A DNA stretch of 64,000 bases from a virus (Duplodnaviria > Caudoviricetes). The notes below the pieces were generated by a model. It was given only the letters and a program-made list of their open reading frames with translations. It was not told the origin of the DNA and made no database searches. The position numbers and the translations under genes were made by a program. The DNA lies in IMG/VR virus record IMGVR_UViG_3300043642_000037, positions 92,127 to 156,126 of that record. One strand, written 5' to 3'. Below are positions 46,099-55,506 of this stretch, piece after piece; positions within the stretch are counted from its first letter, which is position 1; each line of letters starts with the position of its first letter.

Positions 46099-49000
46099 CA
46101 GCGACCTCCCGCGCCCGGAATCATCGACTGGAACCACGGGCTGCTCTTGGACAGGTTGTCGGCCTGGCCGGCGCCCTTGAGGTCCTTGACCGCGTCCGCG
46201 AAGGTCTTGACCGAGTCCGCGAACAGCTTGCCGCTCTCCGCCTGGAGCCCCGCGGTGTCGTCGCCCGGCGACGTCGCCGCGATCATCTCGTCGACCTTGG
46301 CGACCTGCTTGTCGATGGCCGACACGCGGCTGCCCGCGCGATGCTCGCGCTGCGACGGCGCGGACCTGTCGAGCAGGGACTCGTACGCCTTCTTGTCCCC
46401 GCCCGCCGCGGCGCGGAGAAGCTTCGCCGTCTCCGGATCGTCCTCCTCGAGGCGGTCGAGATCGGCGCTGCTCAGCGCGCGGATGGCCTCGAGGGGGTCG
46501 GCCATGCCGGAGACGTCCTTGTTCGAGCTGATGGAGCCGAGACGGTCCATCAGGGCGTCCGTCGCGGCGCCCCGCTTCTTCATGCCGATCGCGCCGTACA
46601 CGCTGGCGACCCGGTTGGTGACGTTTCCCGCCTGCCCCGCCGCGGCCACGTGGGTGAGGGCGGTCTTGAGTTCCCCGGAGGCGCCCTTGAGGATGGTGTC
46701 CTGGGCGGTCGACGTCAGCTCGTCCATCTTCTTGTCGCCGAGCTGGGCCCGCAGGGCCGTCAGCGCCTGGTCCCCCTTCTTCCGCTGCGAAGGGTCCCCC
46801 GAGGCCTGCGCGGCCAGCGCCGCCGCGACGGCGACCTCCTCCTGCGAGTGGTGAACCACCGTCGAGCCAAGCTCGGCCAGCGCCTTGTCGGACACGGTGT
46901 AGTGGTCGCCCCGGAACCCGTGCTCGTTGAAGCTCGCGTATTGGTCGTTGAGGCCCGCGGAGGACAGCCGGTTCCGCACGGCGTCCCGCAGGCCCTCCCG
47001 GGTCCGGGTCATGTTGACCGCGCCGAGCTTGGTGCCGATCTCGACCGACTTGCCGAGCACCTCCTTCTGCTTCGCGGTGCCGGACGACATCACGGCCTTG
47101 ACCATGTCGGCGGCGATGCCCGGGTTCGCGTCGAACATCTTCGCGGCCTCCTGGGCGTTCATTCCGCGGTCCGCGGCGCCCTTGATGAACGCGTTCTTGA
47201 GATCGCTCTGCGAGAGCGCGGCGCCCGTTTCGGGACCCGCGACGCTCGCAGCCAGGCCGTCAATGCGCGTGACGAGGGCGCTGGTCGCGGACTGCAGCAT
47301 CGCGCCGGCGCTGACGCCGCCGGACCGCGAGCCCATTCGCGCGATGAGCGCCTTGCGCTTGCCCAGGTCGAAGCTGTCGGAGGCCATGACCGCGGAGCCA
47401 GCCGCCGCCACGTCCTGCACGCGCGCGAACGCGTCGTCGACGTTGCCGAACGACTTGAACGGGTGGATGTCGAACGGGGTCGCGAACATGCCGCGGGACT
47501 CGCTGGCCAGCGTCGCGATGCGATTCGCCCCGCTGGTCCCCGTGAGGCCGAGGGCCCCGCCCATCCGATTCATCTGGCGCGACCAGGAGGCGCCCAGCGG
47601 GCCCTGGTCGCGACCGAGCGGATCGTCGCCGAGACCCGCCGCGTAGGCCGCGTTGAACCCTCGCCCGCCGGCCGCGTGCATCATCCGCCGGTCCGCGTCG
47701 TCTCCGACGATCGCCACGCCGGACAGCCGCGTGATGTGCTCGCCGTAGCCCGCGGACTCCTCGTCCTCGCGGACCCTGCGGAAGCGATCGGTGAGGCGCT
47801 GGAACGGGGAGGCCATCGAGTCGGACGCGCTCAGCATGCCCATCCGACTCAGGCGATCGACGCGGCTCCCGAAGTCCTGGGTCGCGAACTGCCCGAACCG
47901 GCTCCGCTGCTCGTCGATCGAGGTTCGCCGCTGCGCCCTGAGCTGCTGCTTCTGTCCCTCCCAGTACCGGCGATCGGTGAACTGCAGCTCGAGGGACCGC
48001 GCGGTCTGCTCGGCCTGCTCCTCGCTCATGCCGGCGCCGACGGCGGTCGACTGCACGCTGGCGAACAGGGCCGAGCCGAGGTTCATCCCGGGAACCTGCC
48101 GCTGCAGGCCCTGCGCCTGGCGCACCACGTTCATGCCCATCTCGAGGGGGGAGAGCTTCTGCGCGACCTGGTCCTTGAACTCCTGGCGACGCGTGCGCCA
48201 CTCGAATATGCCCTCCGCGCCCATGCTGTGGATGCGCTCCGCGGCCTCGCGCGCGACCTCGCCGACCGACATGCCCTGCGCCCTGCGGTAGGCGTCCATG
48301 TCGACCTCGAGGCCCTTGCCTCCCTTGCGGAGAGATGCGGCCAGGTACACGTCGCTCTGCATCGAGGAGATCTGGGCGAGCGCGTTGATCTGGCCGAGCC
48401 CCGATCGACCGCCGGCCCGCGCGAGCTGGAGGTCGTTGAGCGACCCGGACGACGCGGCGATGTTCGCGAGCGCGCCGCCCGACATGCCCGCGGCGTAGCC
48501 GGTGGAGCCGGCGAGCCCGACCTGCTGGGCCATCATCGCGCCGGGCAGGCCGAACGAGTCGTGCATCGCGGCCTGGGACACGCCGGCCATGCGGGCGAAC
48601 GCGGCTCGGTTGGCGACCGCCGCCGACTGGGCGCCCAGGCCCTGGAAGCCGAGGTCGCGCATCTGGCCCAGGGACGCCAGCGCCGACTTCACATCGGGAT
48701 CGCCGGTGACCTGCATCAGCAGCTTCACGCTCTTGCTGACGTCCTTCACGCGGCGAACGATCTCCTCAGGGGACTGGGCGCCGGTCAGCAGGCCGTGCTG
48801 CGCGGCCCCTCCCATGATCCGCATCGCGTCCTGGGTGTTGAACCCGGTCCGCTCGAAGTCCAGATCGTGCGCCATGTGCCGGACGCCGCGGGCGGTCCGC
48901 AGCGCGGCGTCGGTGCTCATGCCCTGGCCCGTCGGACCCAGGCTGGACCCGGTAACCATGAACGGGGCGGTCGTGTTCTGGATCATCCGGGCCCGCGCCG

Positions 49001-49706
49001 CGTCCTGCACCGTCGTGCCCACCATGACGTTGCTCGCCGCGTGCCCGAGCTTCCCTCCCAGCCACGAGCCCGCGACCGTCCCGAGGGGACCGAGCAGCGA
49101 CCCGAGCGCGCCCCCGGCCACCGATCCGGCCATGCCGAGCCCGAACTCCGTCATGCCCGCCAGCGTCCCCATCGCCTGCGACTCGTGGCCCTGCATGACC
49201 TGGAGCGATCGCATCCCCGGGGTCGAGAAGTGTGGGGACGACAGGGCCGGCGCCAGCGGGTTGAATATCGACGGCAGGCGAGCCGATCCGCCGAACGGCA
49301 TCCCACCGGGCGACGGCGGGGGACGGAACATGCCGTAGGCGGGAGAAGTCATCGTCGCCGGGCTCGGCAGGCCGTAGCCCCCGCCACCGAGGGCGTTGGC
49401 GACGAACGGGTTGAACTGCCCGAGTCCGCCGCTCGAGGGCGTCGGCGCGGACGGCGGAGGCTGGTACCGGGTCTGCTGCGCCGCCTGCAGCGTCTGCTGC
49501 GTCATCTCGTTGTGACGCTGCATGGCCGCAATCGCGATCTCGGACGGGTGCGGCGGCGGGGGCGGCATCGGCGCCGCGCTCATGGGCTGGCCCACGCCGA
49601 GCGTCGGCGTGCCCCGCGCCACGGGAAGCAGCCCCAGCGCCGACTGCATGCTGTTGAACCCCGCCAGCATCTGGCGGAGGGTCTCGTTACTGGTCCCGTC
49701 GGCCAC
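46098..49706 (-). CDS. Tape measure protein
   Basis: 1202 aa, Ala/Gly/Met-rich and helical, GSLLGPLGTVAG motif; lies after a frameshifting chaperone pair. Confidence 0.75.
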   Translation of the reverse strand: MADGTSNETLRQMLAGFNSMQSALGLLPVARGTPTLGVGQPMSAAPMPPPPPHPSEIAIAAMQRHNEMTQQTLQAAQQTRYQPPPSAPTPSSGGLGQFNPFVANALGGGGYGLPSPATMTSPAYGMFRPPPSPGGMPFGGSARLPSIFNPLAPALSSPHFSTPGMRSLQVMQGHESQAMGTLAGMTEFGLGMAGSVAGGALGSLLGPLGTVAGSWLGGKLGHAASNVMVGTTVQDAARARMIQNTTAPFMVTGSSLGPTGQGMSTDAALRTARGVRHMAHDLDFERTGFNTQDAMRIMGGAAQHGLLTGAQSPEEIVRRVKDVSKSVKLLMQVTGDPDVKSALASLGQMRDLGFQGLGAQSAAVANRAAFARMAGVSQAAMHDSFGLPGAMMAQQVGLAGSTGYAAGMSGGALANIAASSGSLNDLQLARAGGRSGLGQINALAQISSMQSDVYLAASLRKGGKGLEVDMDAYRRAQGMSVGEVAREAAERIHSMGAEGIFEWRTRRQEFKDQVAQKLSPLEMGMNVVRQAQGLQRQVPGMNLGSALFASVQSTAVGAGMSEEQAEQTARSLELQFTDRRYWEGQKQQLRAQRRTSIDEQRSRFGQFATQDFGSRVDRLSRMGMLSASDSMASPFQRLTDRFRRVREDEESAGYGEHITRLSGVAIVGDDADRRMMHAAGGRGFNAAYAAGLGDDPLGRDQGPLGASWSRQMNRMGGALGLTGTSGANRIATLASESRGMFATPFDIHPFKSFGNVDDAFARVQDVAAAGSAVMASDSFDLGKRKALIARMGSRSGGVSAGAMLQSATSALVTRIDGLAASVAGPETGAALSQSDLKNAFIKGAADRGMNAQEAAKMFDANPGIAADMVKAVMSSGTAKQKEVLGKSVEIGTKLGAVNMTRTREGLRDAVRNRLSSAGLNDQYASFNEHGFRGDHYTVSDKALAELGSTVVHHSQEEVAVAAALAAQASGDPSQRKKGDQALTALRAQLGDKKMDELTSTAQDTILKGASGELKTALTHVAAAGQAGNVTNRVASVYGAIGMKKRGAATDALMDRLGSISSNKDVSGMADPLEAIRALSSADLDRLEEDDPETAKLLRAAAGGDKKAYESLLDRSAPSQREHRAGSRVSAIDKQVAKVDEMIAATSPGDDTAGLQAESGKLFADSVKTFADAVKDLKGAGQADNLSKSSPWFQSMIPGAGGR

Positions 49707-50141
49707 GTTCAGATCTTAGGCTATGCTGCATCGACTTGGAATTGCTATCAAATTCTCTATCCTTCGCGCGGTCGAAGTCCTGACCGAGAATTTCCATGCG
49801 ATCGAGGCGCCTGAGCGTCGTCTCGTCCTCCACGCGCCGGCGCTTGATCCGCGCCTGAGCGTCCCGCAAGCGCTGGGCCTTCCGCGCGAGGGCGATCGGG
49901 TCGTAGGACTCCTGGAACACCTCCGACGCGTACTCGGACACGACGTCTCCGAGTAGTTTGTCCGCATCCATGCCCACAACGCGCGCGGCGATAGCCGCGA
50001 TCGCGCGCACCTGCGCCACGCGCTCGGAGCGCTCCCGGAACACCATCTCGCGCATGACGCGATCCTCGATCGAGCCGATCGGGGGAAGCGCCTGCCCGCG
50101 TGCGAAGGCGACCGCCCGCGCGTTGGCCCCCGGGTGACCTA
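49687..50141 (-). CDS. Tail assembly chaperone, -1 frameshift extension (gpGT-like part)
   Basis: The -1 frame from the slippery site reads LGHPGANARAVAFARGQALPPIGSIEDRV-MREMVFRE..., continuous with track ORF 49687..50055. Confidence 0.75.
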
Positions 50142-50765
50142 GAAATTTTCGACGACGCCCTCCGCCGTCACGACCCGGACCTTCTCGTCGAACTTGAGGA
50201 ACGCGCGCAGGAGCAGCGCGTAGGCCGGCTCGGCCATCACCGCGTCGACGAAGGCAAAGCGGGTCTCGAACGCCTTCTCAACGTCCTCGGGCTTGGCCCC
50301 CGCGCCCGGGTGCTCGAACTTGATCTTGCCGAACGCCTCGAGCGACGCAGCGAGCAGCAGCTTGTTCATCAGGTCGTAGTAGTGAGCGTCGAACGAGGGT
50401 CGCGCGATCTCGACGCGCTCCATCGCGCGGGTGCGGTCCCGGGACGTCCTCGTCCGCAGCCTCGCCGTCGTCGACCTCGTGATCTGGACCGCCTCGGACC
50501 AGAACCCCCTCTCCATGACCGCATCGACGATCCGAGCGGCCTCCTCGCGCGTCACGCCTGCCTCGCGGAGCGTGTCCTCGTAGGTGCGCATCGGCGCAAG
50601 CTCGGCCTCCACCGCGGAGGCCTCGACGCCGAGCGCGACCTCGTCCGGGCTGGTCGGGATCTTCGTCGGCGGAGGTGGGACAGCCTGCTGTGCGGGCCTC
50701 TGGGGCGCGGCCGGCGGCTTCGGGGTCACGGGCTTGGAGAAGTCGCCAATATTCAGGTCATCCAT
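50139..50765 (-). CDS. Tail assembly chaperone (gpG-like)
   Basis: GGGAG RBS; ends GAA AAT TTC TAG; upstream of the tape measure. Confidence 0.75.
   Translation of the reverse strand: MDDLNIGDFSKPVTPKPPAAPQRPAQQAVPPPPTKIPTSPDEVALGVEASAVEAELAPMRTYEDTLREAGVTREEAARIVDAVMERGFWSEAVQITRSTTARLRTRTSRDRTRAMERVEIARPSFDAHYYDLMNKLLLAASLEAFGKIKFEHPGAGAKPEDVEKAFETRFAFVDAVMAEPAYALLLRAFLKFDEKVRVVTAEGVVENF
50142..50148 (-). other. -1 ribosomal frameshift slippery heptamer A AAU UUC
   Basis: X XXY YYZ in the correct phase immediately before the stop; the -1 frame is open. Confidence 0.8.
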
Positions 50766-50829
50766 CGTGAATCCTCGCTCCCCTTTGGTAGAAGCATCGG
50801 TGAGCCGAACCCTATCACGACGCCCAGCT

Positions 50830-50846
50830 TGTTTACCGAATAAACA
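50830..50846. promoter_or_regulatory. Palindromic site TGTTTA-N5-TAAACA (copy 3, perfect arms)
   Basis: TGTTTA ccgaa TAAACA between the divergent chaperone and DinG genes. Confidence 0.65.
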
Positions 50847-50867
50847 TGATCTAGAAAGGAGCCAGCG

Positions 50868-52931
50868 ATGCGCGACGCCATAGCCCTGCTGTCGGATCCG
50901 TCGCAGGGACTCGTGCGGGAGATCCGCCCTCCTCAGATCACGATGGCCGAGAACGTTGGCCGCGTCCTCGCGACCGGAGGGACCTACTTCGTCGAGGCGG
51001 GGGTGGCGACCGGAAAGACCTTCGCATACATGCTGCCCGCGCTACTCGAGCCGCGCCGTCGGATCGTCATCGCCACGGCGAAGAAGCAGCTGCAGGATCA
51101 GATCGTCACCAAGGACATCCCGGCGCTCGCCCGGGCGCTCGGCCAGGACCTCCAGGCGGTGCTTATCGACGCTGAGGGCCGCCCACAGATCGTGTCGACT
51201 TCGCGCAAGGGCAACGGCAACTACGCGTGCCGCGTGCTCGCGCAGGAGCGCAACCCTGGCCCGGTCTACATGCGATTCCTGGCCGACAGCCGGCACGGGG
51301 ACCGGGCCGACTACGACGGCGCCGCGCCGCAGTGGTGGCCGGAGGCCTCCGCGGAGGACTGCGTCGGACGCAGGTGCCCCCAGGCGGGGGACTGCGGCTA
51401 CATGCGGATGAAGAAGGAGATGGCCCAGTCGAAGATCGTGGTGATCAACCACCACGTGCTCGGCGTGGAGATGCGCTTCGGCCAGGGTCGGCTCGTCGGC
51501 GGGCCCTACGACGTCCTGATCGTCGACGAAGCGCACAAACTCGCCGACGGCGTGCGCGGAGCCTTCACCACGCGAATGTCCCGCAAGGTGGTCGAGCAGA
51601 TCAGCGAGCAGCTGAACGGGACGTTCAGCACGTTCCCAAGGAACGCCGCGCTCGTCCGCGTGTGGGGCGAGCTATTCGACCGGGTGCCGAACGCGCACTG
51701 GCGCGAGCCCCACCTGCGCGAGGTCCCCGTGTTCGGCGACGACGAGGAGGCGACCAGCGCGGCCTTCGTCGCGCTGGACGAGGCCTGGACGGAGGTCAAC
51801 GGCACCCTCGAGCGGTTCGGTCTCGGCGAGGACCAGGACGAGGCCGAGATCGACGACTACAGCCCCGACCTGCAGAAGGACTTGTCGGTGATGATCCGCT
51901 CGCGGCGGAAGCTCGACGACCTGACGCGCGGGCTCCAGCTCGCGCAGGGTCGCGTGCCGCGCAGGAAGGCCGAGGAGGACGAGGAGTACGAGCAGCGCCG
52001 GGCGAGGATTCTGGGCTCCACGGCGATCTACGGCAGCAACGAGGAGCGCTTCGGCTTCCAGCTGTACTGCTCCCCGGTGCGGCTCGACGGCATCATGGGC
52101 TCGTTCTTCGGCGGCGTGAAGACCAAGGTCCTGACCAGCGCGACCCTGGCGATCAACGGGTCGTTCGCGCACCTCGAGCAGATGACCGGAATCAAGCCGG
52201 ACATCGTCGACGTGCTCGCCAGCCCGTTCGACTACGACTCGCAGGGCTTCGTGTACGTCCCCAAGGACGCCGCGCAGGTCCCCAGGGGACCCCGCAACGC
52301 CACCGACGAGGAGAACCGACCCTACCTCGACGCGCTCAAGCTCCGCGTGGACCGCGCCGTCCGCCTGATCGAGTTGTCGAACGGCGGCGCGTTCGTGCTG
52401 ACCACGGCCAACGAGGAGCTGGACGCGTTCGCGCGTGCGCTGAAGGCCCGCTTCCCGGGCCGGACGTTCGCGCAGGGGCACAGGAACAACGAGTGGGACG
52501 GGGACCCGCCGGCGGCGCTGGACAAGTTCCGCGGCGTGGAGAACTCGATTCTCATCGGCAGCAAGTCGTTCTGGGAGGGCGTCGACGTCGTCGGCGGCGC
52601 GCTTCGCCTGGTCATCATCGCGAAGCTGCCCTTCCCCCAGGTCAACGACCCGATCGTCAAGGCGCGGGAGAAGCTGTCGACGAACCCGTTCGCCGAGGTG
52701 CAGATGGCGGACATGCTGATCGATCTCCGGCAGGGCAGCGGCCGGCTGATTCGATCGAGGGACGACAGGGGCTGCCTGGCGATCCTCGACAACAGGATCT
52801 GGACCAAGCGGTACGGCGGCACGGTGCTTCAGGCGCTCCCCTGGTCGCGAGGGCTCGTGACCACCGACGTCGTCATGTGCGAGCGGTACCTCCCCCTCTT
52901 CGCGAAGCACTTCGCACGCAAGGCGGTCTGA
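50868..52931 (+). CDS. dinG: DinG/YoaA-family Fe-S DNA helicase
   Basis: EAGVATGKT, NYAC..DCVGRRCPQAGDC, DEAH, TSATL, SFWEGVDV, QGSGRLIRS. Confidence 0.92.
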   Translation: MRDAIALLSDPSQGLVREIRPPQITMAENVGRVLATGGTYFVEAGVATGKTFAYMLPALLEPRRRIVIATAKKQLQDQIVTKDIPALARALGQDLQAVLIDAEGRPQIVSTSRKGNGNYACRVLAQERNPGPVYMRFLADSRHGDRADYDGAAPQWWPEASAEDCVGRRCPQAGDCGYMRMKKEMAQSKIVVINHHVLGVEMRFGQGRLVGGPYDVLIVDEAHKLADGVRGAFTTRMSRKVVEQISEQLNGTFSTFPRNAALVRVWGELFDRVPNAHWREPHLREVPVFGDDEEATSAAFVALDEAWTEVNGTLERFGLGEDQDEAEIDDYSPDLQKDLSVMIRSRRKLDDLTRGLQLAQGRVPRRKAEEDEEYEQRRARILGSTAIYGSNEERFGFQLYCSPVRLDGIMGSFFGGVKTKVLTSATLAINGSFAHLEQMTGIKPDIVDVLASPFDYDSQGFVYVPKDAAQVPRGPRNATDEENRPYLDALKLRVDRAVRLIELSNGGAFVLTTANEELDAFARALKARFPGRTFAQGHRNNEWDGDPPAALDKFRGVENSILIGSKSFWEGVDVVGGALRLVIIAKLPFPQVNDPIVKAREKLSTNPFAEVQMADMLIDLRQGSGRLIRSRDDRGCLAILDNRIWTKRYGGTVLQALPWSRGLVTTDVVMCERYLPLFAKHFARKAV

Positions 52932-52932
52932 C

Positions 52933-53181
52933 ATGAGCGCGAACCCGTACGAGACTTTCATCAAGCAGCTGAAGGCTGTACGGGTCGCGCGCGGGCTCAC
53001 CCAGCAGCAGCTCGCCGACAGGGTCAGGCTGTCGCGCCCGCAGTACGCGGCGATCGAGCACGGCAGGTCCACCGCGAGCTTCAGGCACGTGCACAACCTG
53101 GCCATCGCCCTCGACGTTCACTGGATAATCGGACACCCCGGATGCCCGCGCGCGGATCGCGTGGTTCGAGAAGGCGCGTGA
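52933..53181 (+). CDS. XRE-family HTH regulator
   Basis: LKAVRVARGLTQQQLADRVRLSRPQYAAIEHG. Confidence 0.88.
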   Translation: MSANPYETFIKQLKAVRVARGLTQQQLADRVRLSRPQYAAIEHGRSTASFRHVHNLAIALDVHWIIGHPGCPRADRVVREGA

Positions 53182-53372
53182 CGACGCGCAAGCAGGGCCG
53201 CCCTCGCGGGCTTCGCGTGCGCACCTGCTCGTGCGGCCGCCGCGTGGCCGCCAAGCGCGGCCAGAAGACGGCGACATGCGCGTGCGGGAAGACCGTCAAG
53301 CTCACGAGCAAGCAGAGCCCGCCGCGGAAGACGTTCAACGGATACCTGGAGAACCGACATGACCGACGCTAG
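53178..53372 (+). CDS. small basic Cys-containing protein
   Basis: GTGA overlap; CSCG and CACG motifs. Confidence 0.5.
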   Translation: MTTRKQGRPRGLRVRTCSCGRRVAAKRGQKTATCACGKTVKLTSKQSPPRKTFNGYLENRHDRR

Positions 53373-54045
53373 GTACGTAATCGGCGTGGACGAGGTCGGG
53401 TGCGGCGCGATCGCGGGGCCCCTCGTGGTCGCCGCGGTCGCGTTCCGCGCGGACGCGCCTCGCGTGACCGCGGAGTGGCGGGGCGTGCGCGGCGTCAAGA
53501 CGCTGGCCGCCGACGACTCGAAGAAGATCAAGGTGCCCGAGCAGCGCGGAGCGCTCGACCTCGCGATCCGGACCGCCGCGGTGGCGCACGCGGTCATCGA
53601 GCGCTCCGCGGCGGAGATCGACGCCAGGCTCCTGCGGGAGGTGTTTCCCGAGGCCCTGCGGCTCGCCATCCAGCGCTGCGTGGAGCAGCTGATGATGACG
53701 GTCAACCCGGGGAAGTTCCACATCCCGAAGGACGACCTGCTCGTGCTGATCGACGGCGACCTCGTGCGACCGGACGTTCCCTGCCCCGTTCGCATGGTTC
53801 CGGGAGGCGACGCGCTCGACTGGCGCATCGGCGCGGCGTCGATCGTGGCCAAGGCGTGTCACGACCGGCACGTCGCCCGGATCGCCGGCGAGCACCCCGA
53901 GTGGGCGTTCGACAAGCACCGCGGGTACCCCACGCCGAAGCACCTGGACCAGCTGCACCGCGACGGCCTGCTCGACCAGGTTCACCGTCGGACCTTCGGC
54001 CCCGTTCGGGCGTCTCGGGGACCCATTCCCGGCATGGAGGAGTAG
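53359..54045 (+). CDS. rnhB: Ribonuclease HII
   Basis: GVDEVGCGAIAGP, DSKK, IDGD, IGAASIVAK, HRGYPTPKH, HRRTF. Confidence 0.92.
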   Translation: MTDARYVIGVDEVGCGAIAGPLVVAAVAFRADAPRVTAEWRGVRGVKTLAADDSKKIKVPEQRGALDLAIRTAAVAHAVIERSAAEIDARLLREVFPEALRLAIQRCVEQLMMTVNPGKFHIPKDDLLVLIDGDLVRPDVPCPVRMVPGGDALDWRIGAASIVAKACHDRHVARIAGEHPEWAFDKHRGYPTPKHLDQLHRDGLLDQVHRRTFGPVRASRGPIPGMEE

Positions 54046-54046
54046 C

Positions 54047-54268
54047 GTGGCCCTCGACATCCTCAAGCAGCGCGTGCCCGCCACGACCTGCGCGCGGTGC
54101 AGGAAGCAGCTCTCCCCCGGAGATCGCGTCCAGATGGCGATGATCGTCCAGGGCATCGGACGCAACCCGAGCACCAAGAGCATCGACGCCATGATCAGCG
54201 AGGAGTTCGAGTTGGCCCACATCGACTGCATGGACACCTCGCTGTCCGGGAAGCTGATCAGGGCGTGA
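54047..54268 (+). CDS. small Zn-binding hypothetical protein
   Basis: GGAGGAG RBS; CARC and HIDC motifs. Confidence 0.6.
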   Translation: MALDILKQRVPATTCARCRKQLSPGDRVQMAMIVQGIGRNPSTKSIDAMISEEFELAHIDCMDTSLSGKLIRA

Positions 54269-54735
54269 AGGACCCCTGGCGCATCGTAGACCCTCTTCGC
54301 TCCGACCCGATCGAGCCGGCGAATGGCCGAATCGACCTGGCGGACAAGGACATGGACGCGGACCTCCGACCGTCTCGCGCGTGCATGCTGCGGTTCCGCT
54401 CGTGCTCGCTCGAGATCGTCGGGACCGACGTACACAAGCCCGAGGACGCGCTCGCCCGCCTTGCTCGCTGCGTCGCGGCGCTCAAGAAGGCGACGGCGTC
54501 GCTTCCCCGCGCGCAGCGCCTGCTCGGCGCGGTGTACACCCAAGACGACGCGCCGCCCAGGGACGTCCCGGCGGCCACGCTGTCCTGCGGCCGATACGCC
54601 GTGGCGTTCTCCGGCATGACCCTGGACCAGGGGACGTTGGTGCTGGCCCGGGCCCTCATGGCCGCTGGACGCGACACCAAGCTCGCCCCGATACTGCAGG
54701 CCAACGGAGTCACACCCATGCTGAGGACCACATGA
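54265..54735 (+). CDS. hypothetical protein
   Basis: GTGA overlap; C-terminal part of track ORF 54097..54735. Confidence 0.55.
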   Translation: MKDPWRIVDPLRSDPIEPANGRIDLADKDMDADLRPSRACMLRFRSCSLEIVGTDVHKPEDALARLARCVAALKKATASLPRAQRLLGAVYTQDDAPPRDVPAATLSCGRYAVAFSGMTLDQGTLVLARALMAAGRDTKLAPILQANGVTPMLRTT

Positions 54736-54971
54736 GCGACAAGCCCTGCGCGTCGTGCGCGCACTACGATCCCATCGTCATCGGCGGAAACCGAAAGGAG
54801 GGACGACACGGCTGGTGCGCCGTCCAGTCGGTCTACCCCGCCGTCGAGCATCCGGGGCAGACGTTTCCCGACGGCGTCCGACGGGCCGGGCCCGGCGAGC
54901 TTGCCAAGCCGCACATCGTGACCGGCGCCGGCGTCGTCAAGCTGTGCACCCTGAGGAGGGACAAGCCGTGA
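54732..54971 (+). CDS. small Cys-rich hypothetical protein
   Basis: ATGA overlap; CASCAHY..GWC..C. Confidence 0.6.
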   Translation: MSDKPCASCAHYDPIVIGGNRKEGRHGWCAVQSVYPAVEHPGQTFPDGVRRAGPGELAKPHIVTGAGVVKLCTLRRDKP

Positions 54972-55291
54972 GCAAGTTCGACGCGATTCCACCCGAGTAC
55001 ACCAAGTACAGCGACGGTCAGGCGGCTACGCCCGAGCAGATCGCCCGTGGTCAAGCCATGGCCACCAAGGTATTCAACAGCGTGGATCACCTAGACAACG
55101 CCGACGAGTTCACCCGCGCCCTGCTGGAGCACGTGGGTCTCGACGGCGCGACGCGCGGCCTGTCCACGGAGCAGCAGGTGTTCGCCGTCGCCGTCGCGAC
55201 CATCCACATGCGCCGGACGTTCCCGGCGGGCACGGATCGGTTCGACGAGATCTGCCGCGAGGCCCTGGCCCACTACGACAGCGACAAGTAA
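54968..55291 (+). CDS. hypothetical protein
   Basis: GTGA overlap with GGAGG RBS. Confidence 0.6.
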   Translation: MSKFDAIPPEYTKYSDGQAATPEQIARGQAMATKVFNSVDHLDNADEFTRALLEHVGLDGATRGLSTEQQVFAVAVATIHMRRTFPAGTDRFDEICREALAHYDSDK

Positions 55292-55506
55292 TGTCGTCTG
55301 ACGCCTGGAAGGGCCGAATGGCCAAGGCACTCGCGGACGGAGGCTGCGCATCCCAAGCCGCGTGGGTGGAGCAGCACCCCGGTCGGCATTGCTGGTTCAA
55401 GTTCCGCGACGACGACTTCAACTCGTGCGCCTGCTGCGGAACCGTTCAGCGACGAGACGACAAGAACAAGCCCTGCAAAGGCGTCGTGACGATCGTCTTG
55501 AGGTAG
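55291..55506 (+). CDS. small Cys-rich hypothetical protein
   Basis: HCW..CACCG..KPCKG. Confidence 0.55.
   Translation: MSSDAWKGRMAKALADGGCASQAAWVEQHPGRHCWFKFRDDDFNSCACCGTVQRRDDKNKPCKGVVTIVLR

Noticed and set aside
46341-49814. 1157-aa + strand ORF
   Set aside because: Antisense shadow of the tape measure gene; long stop-free frames are expected in high-GC DNA and it has no motifs
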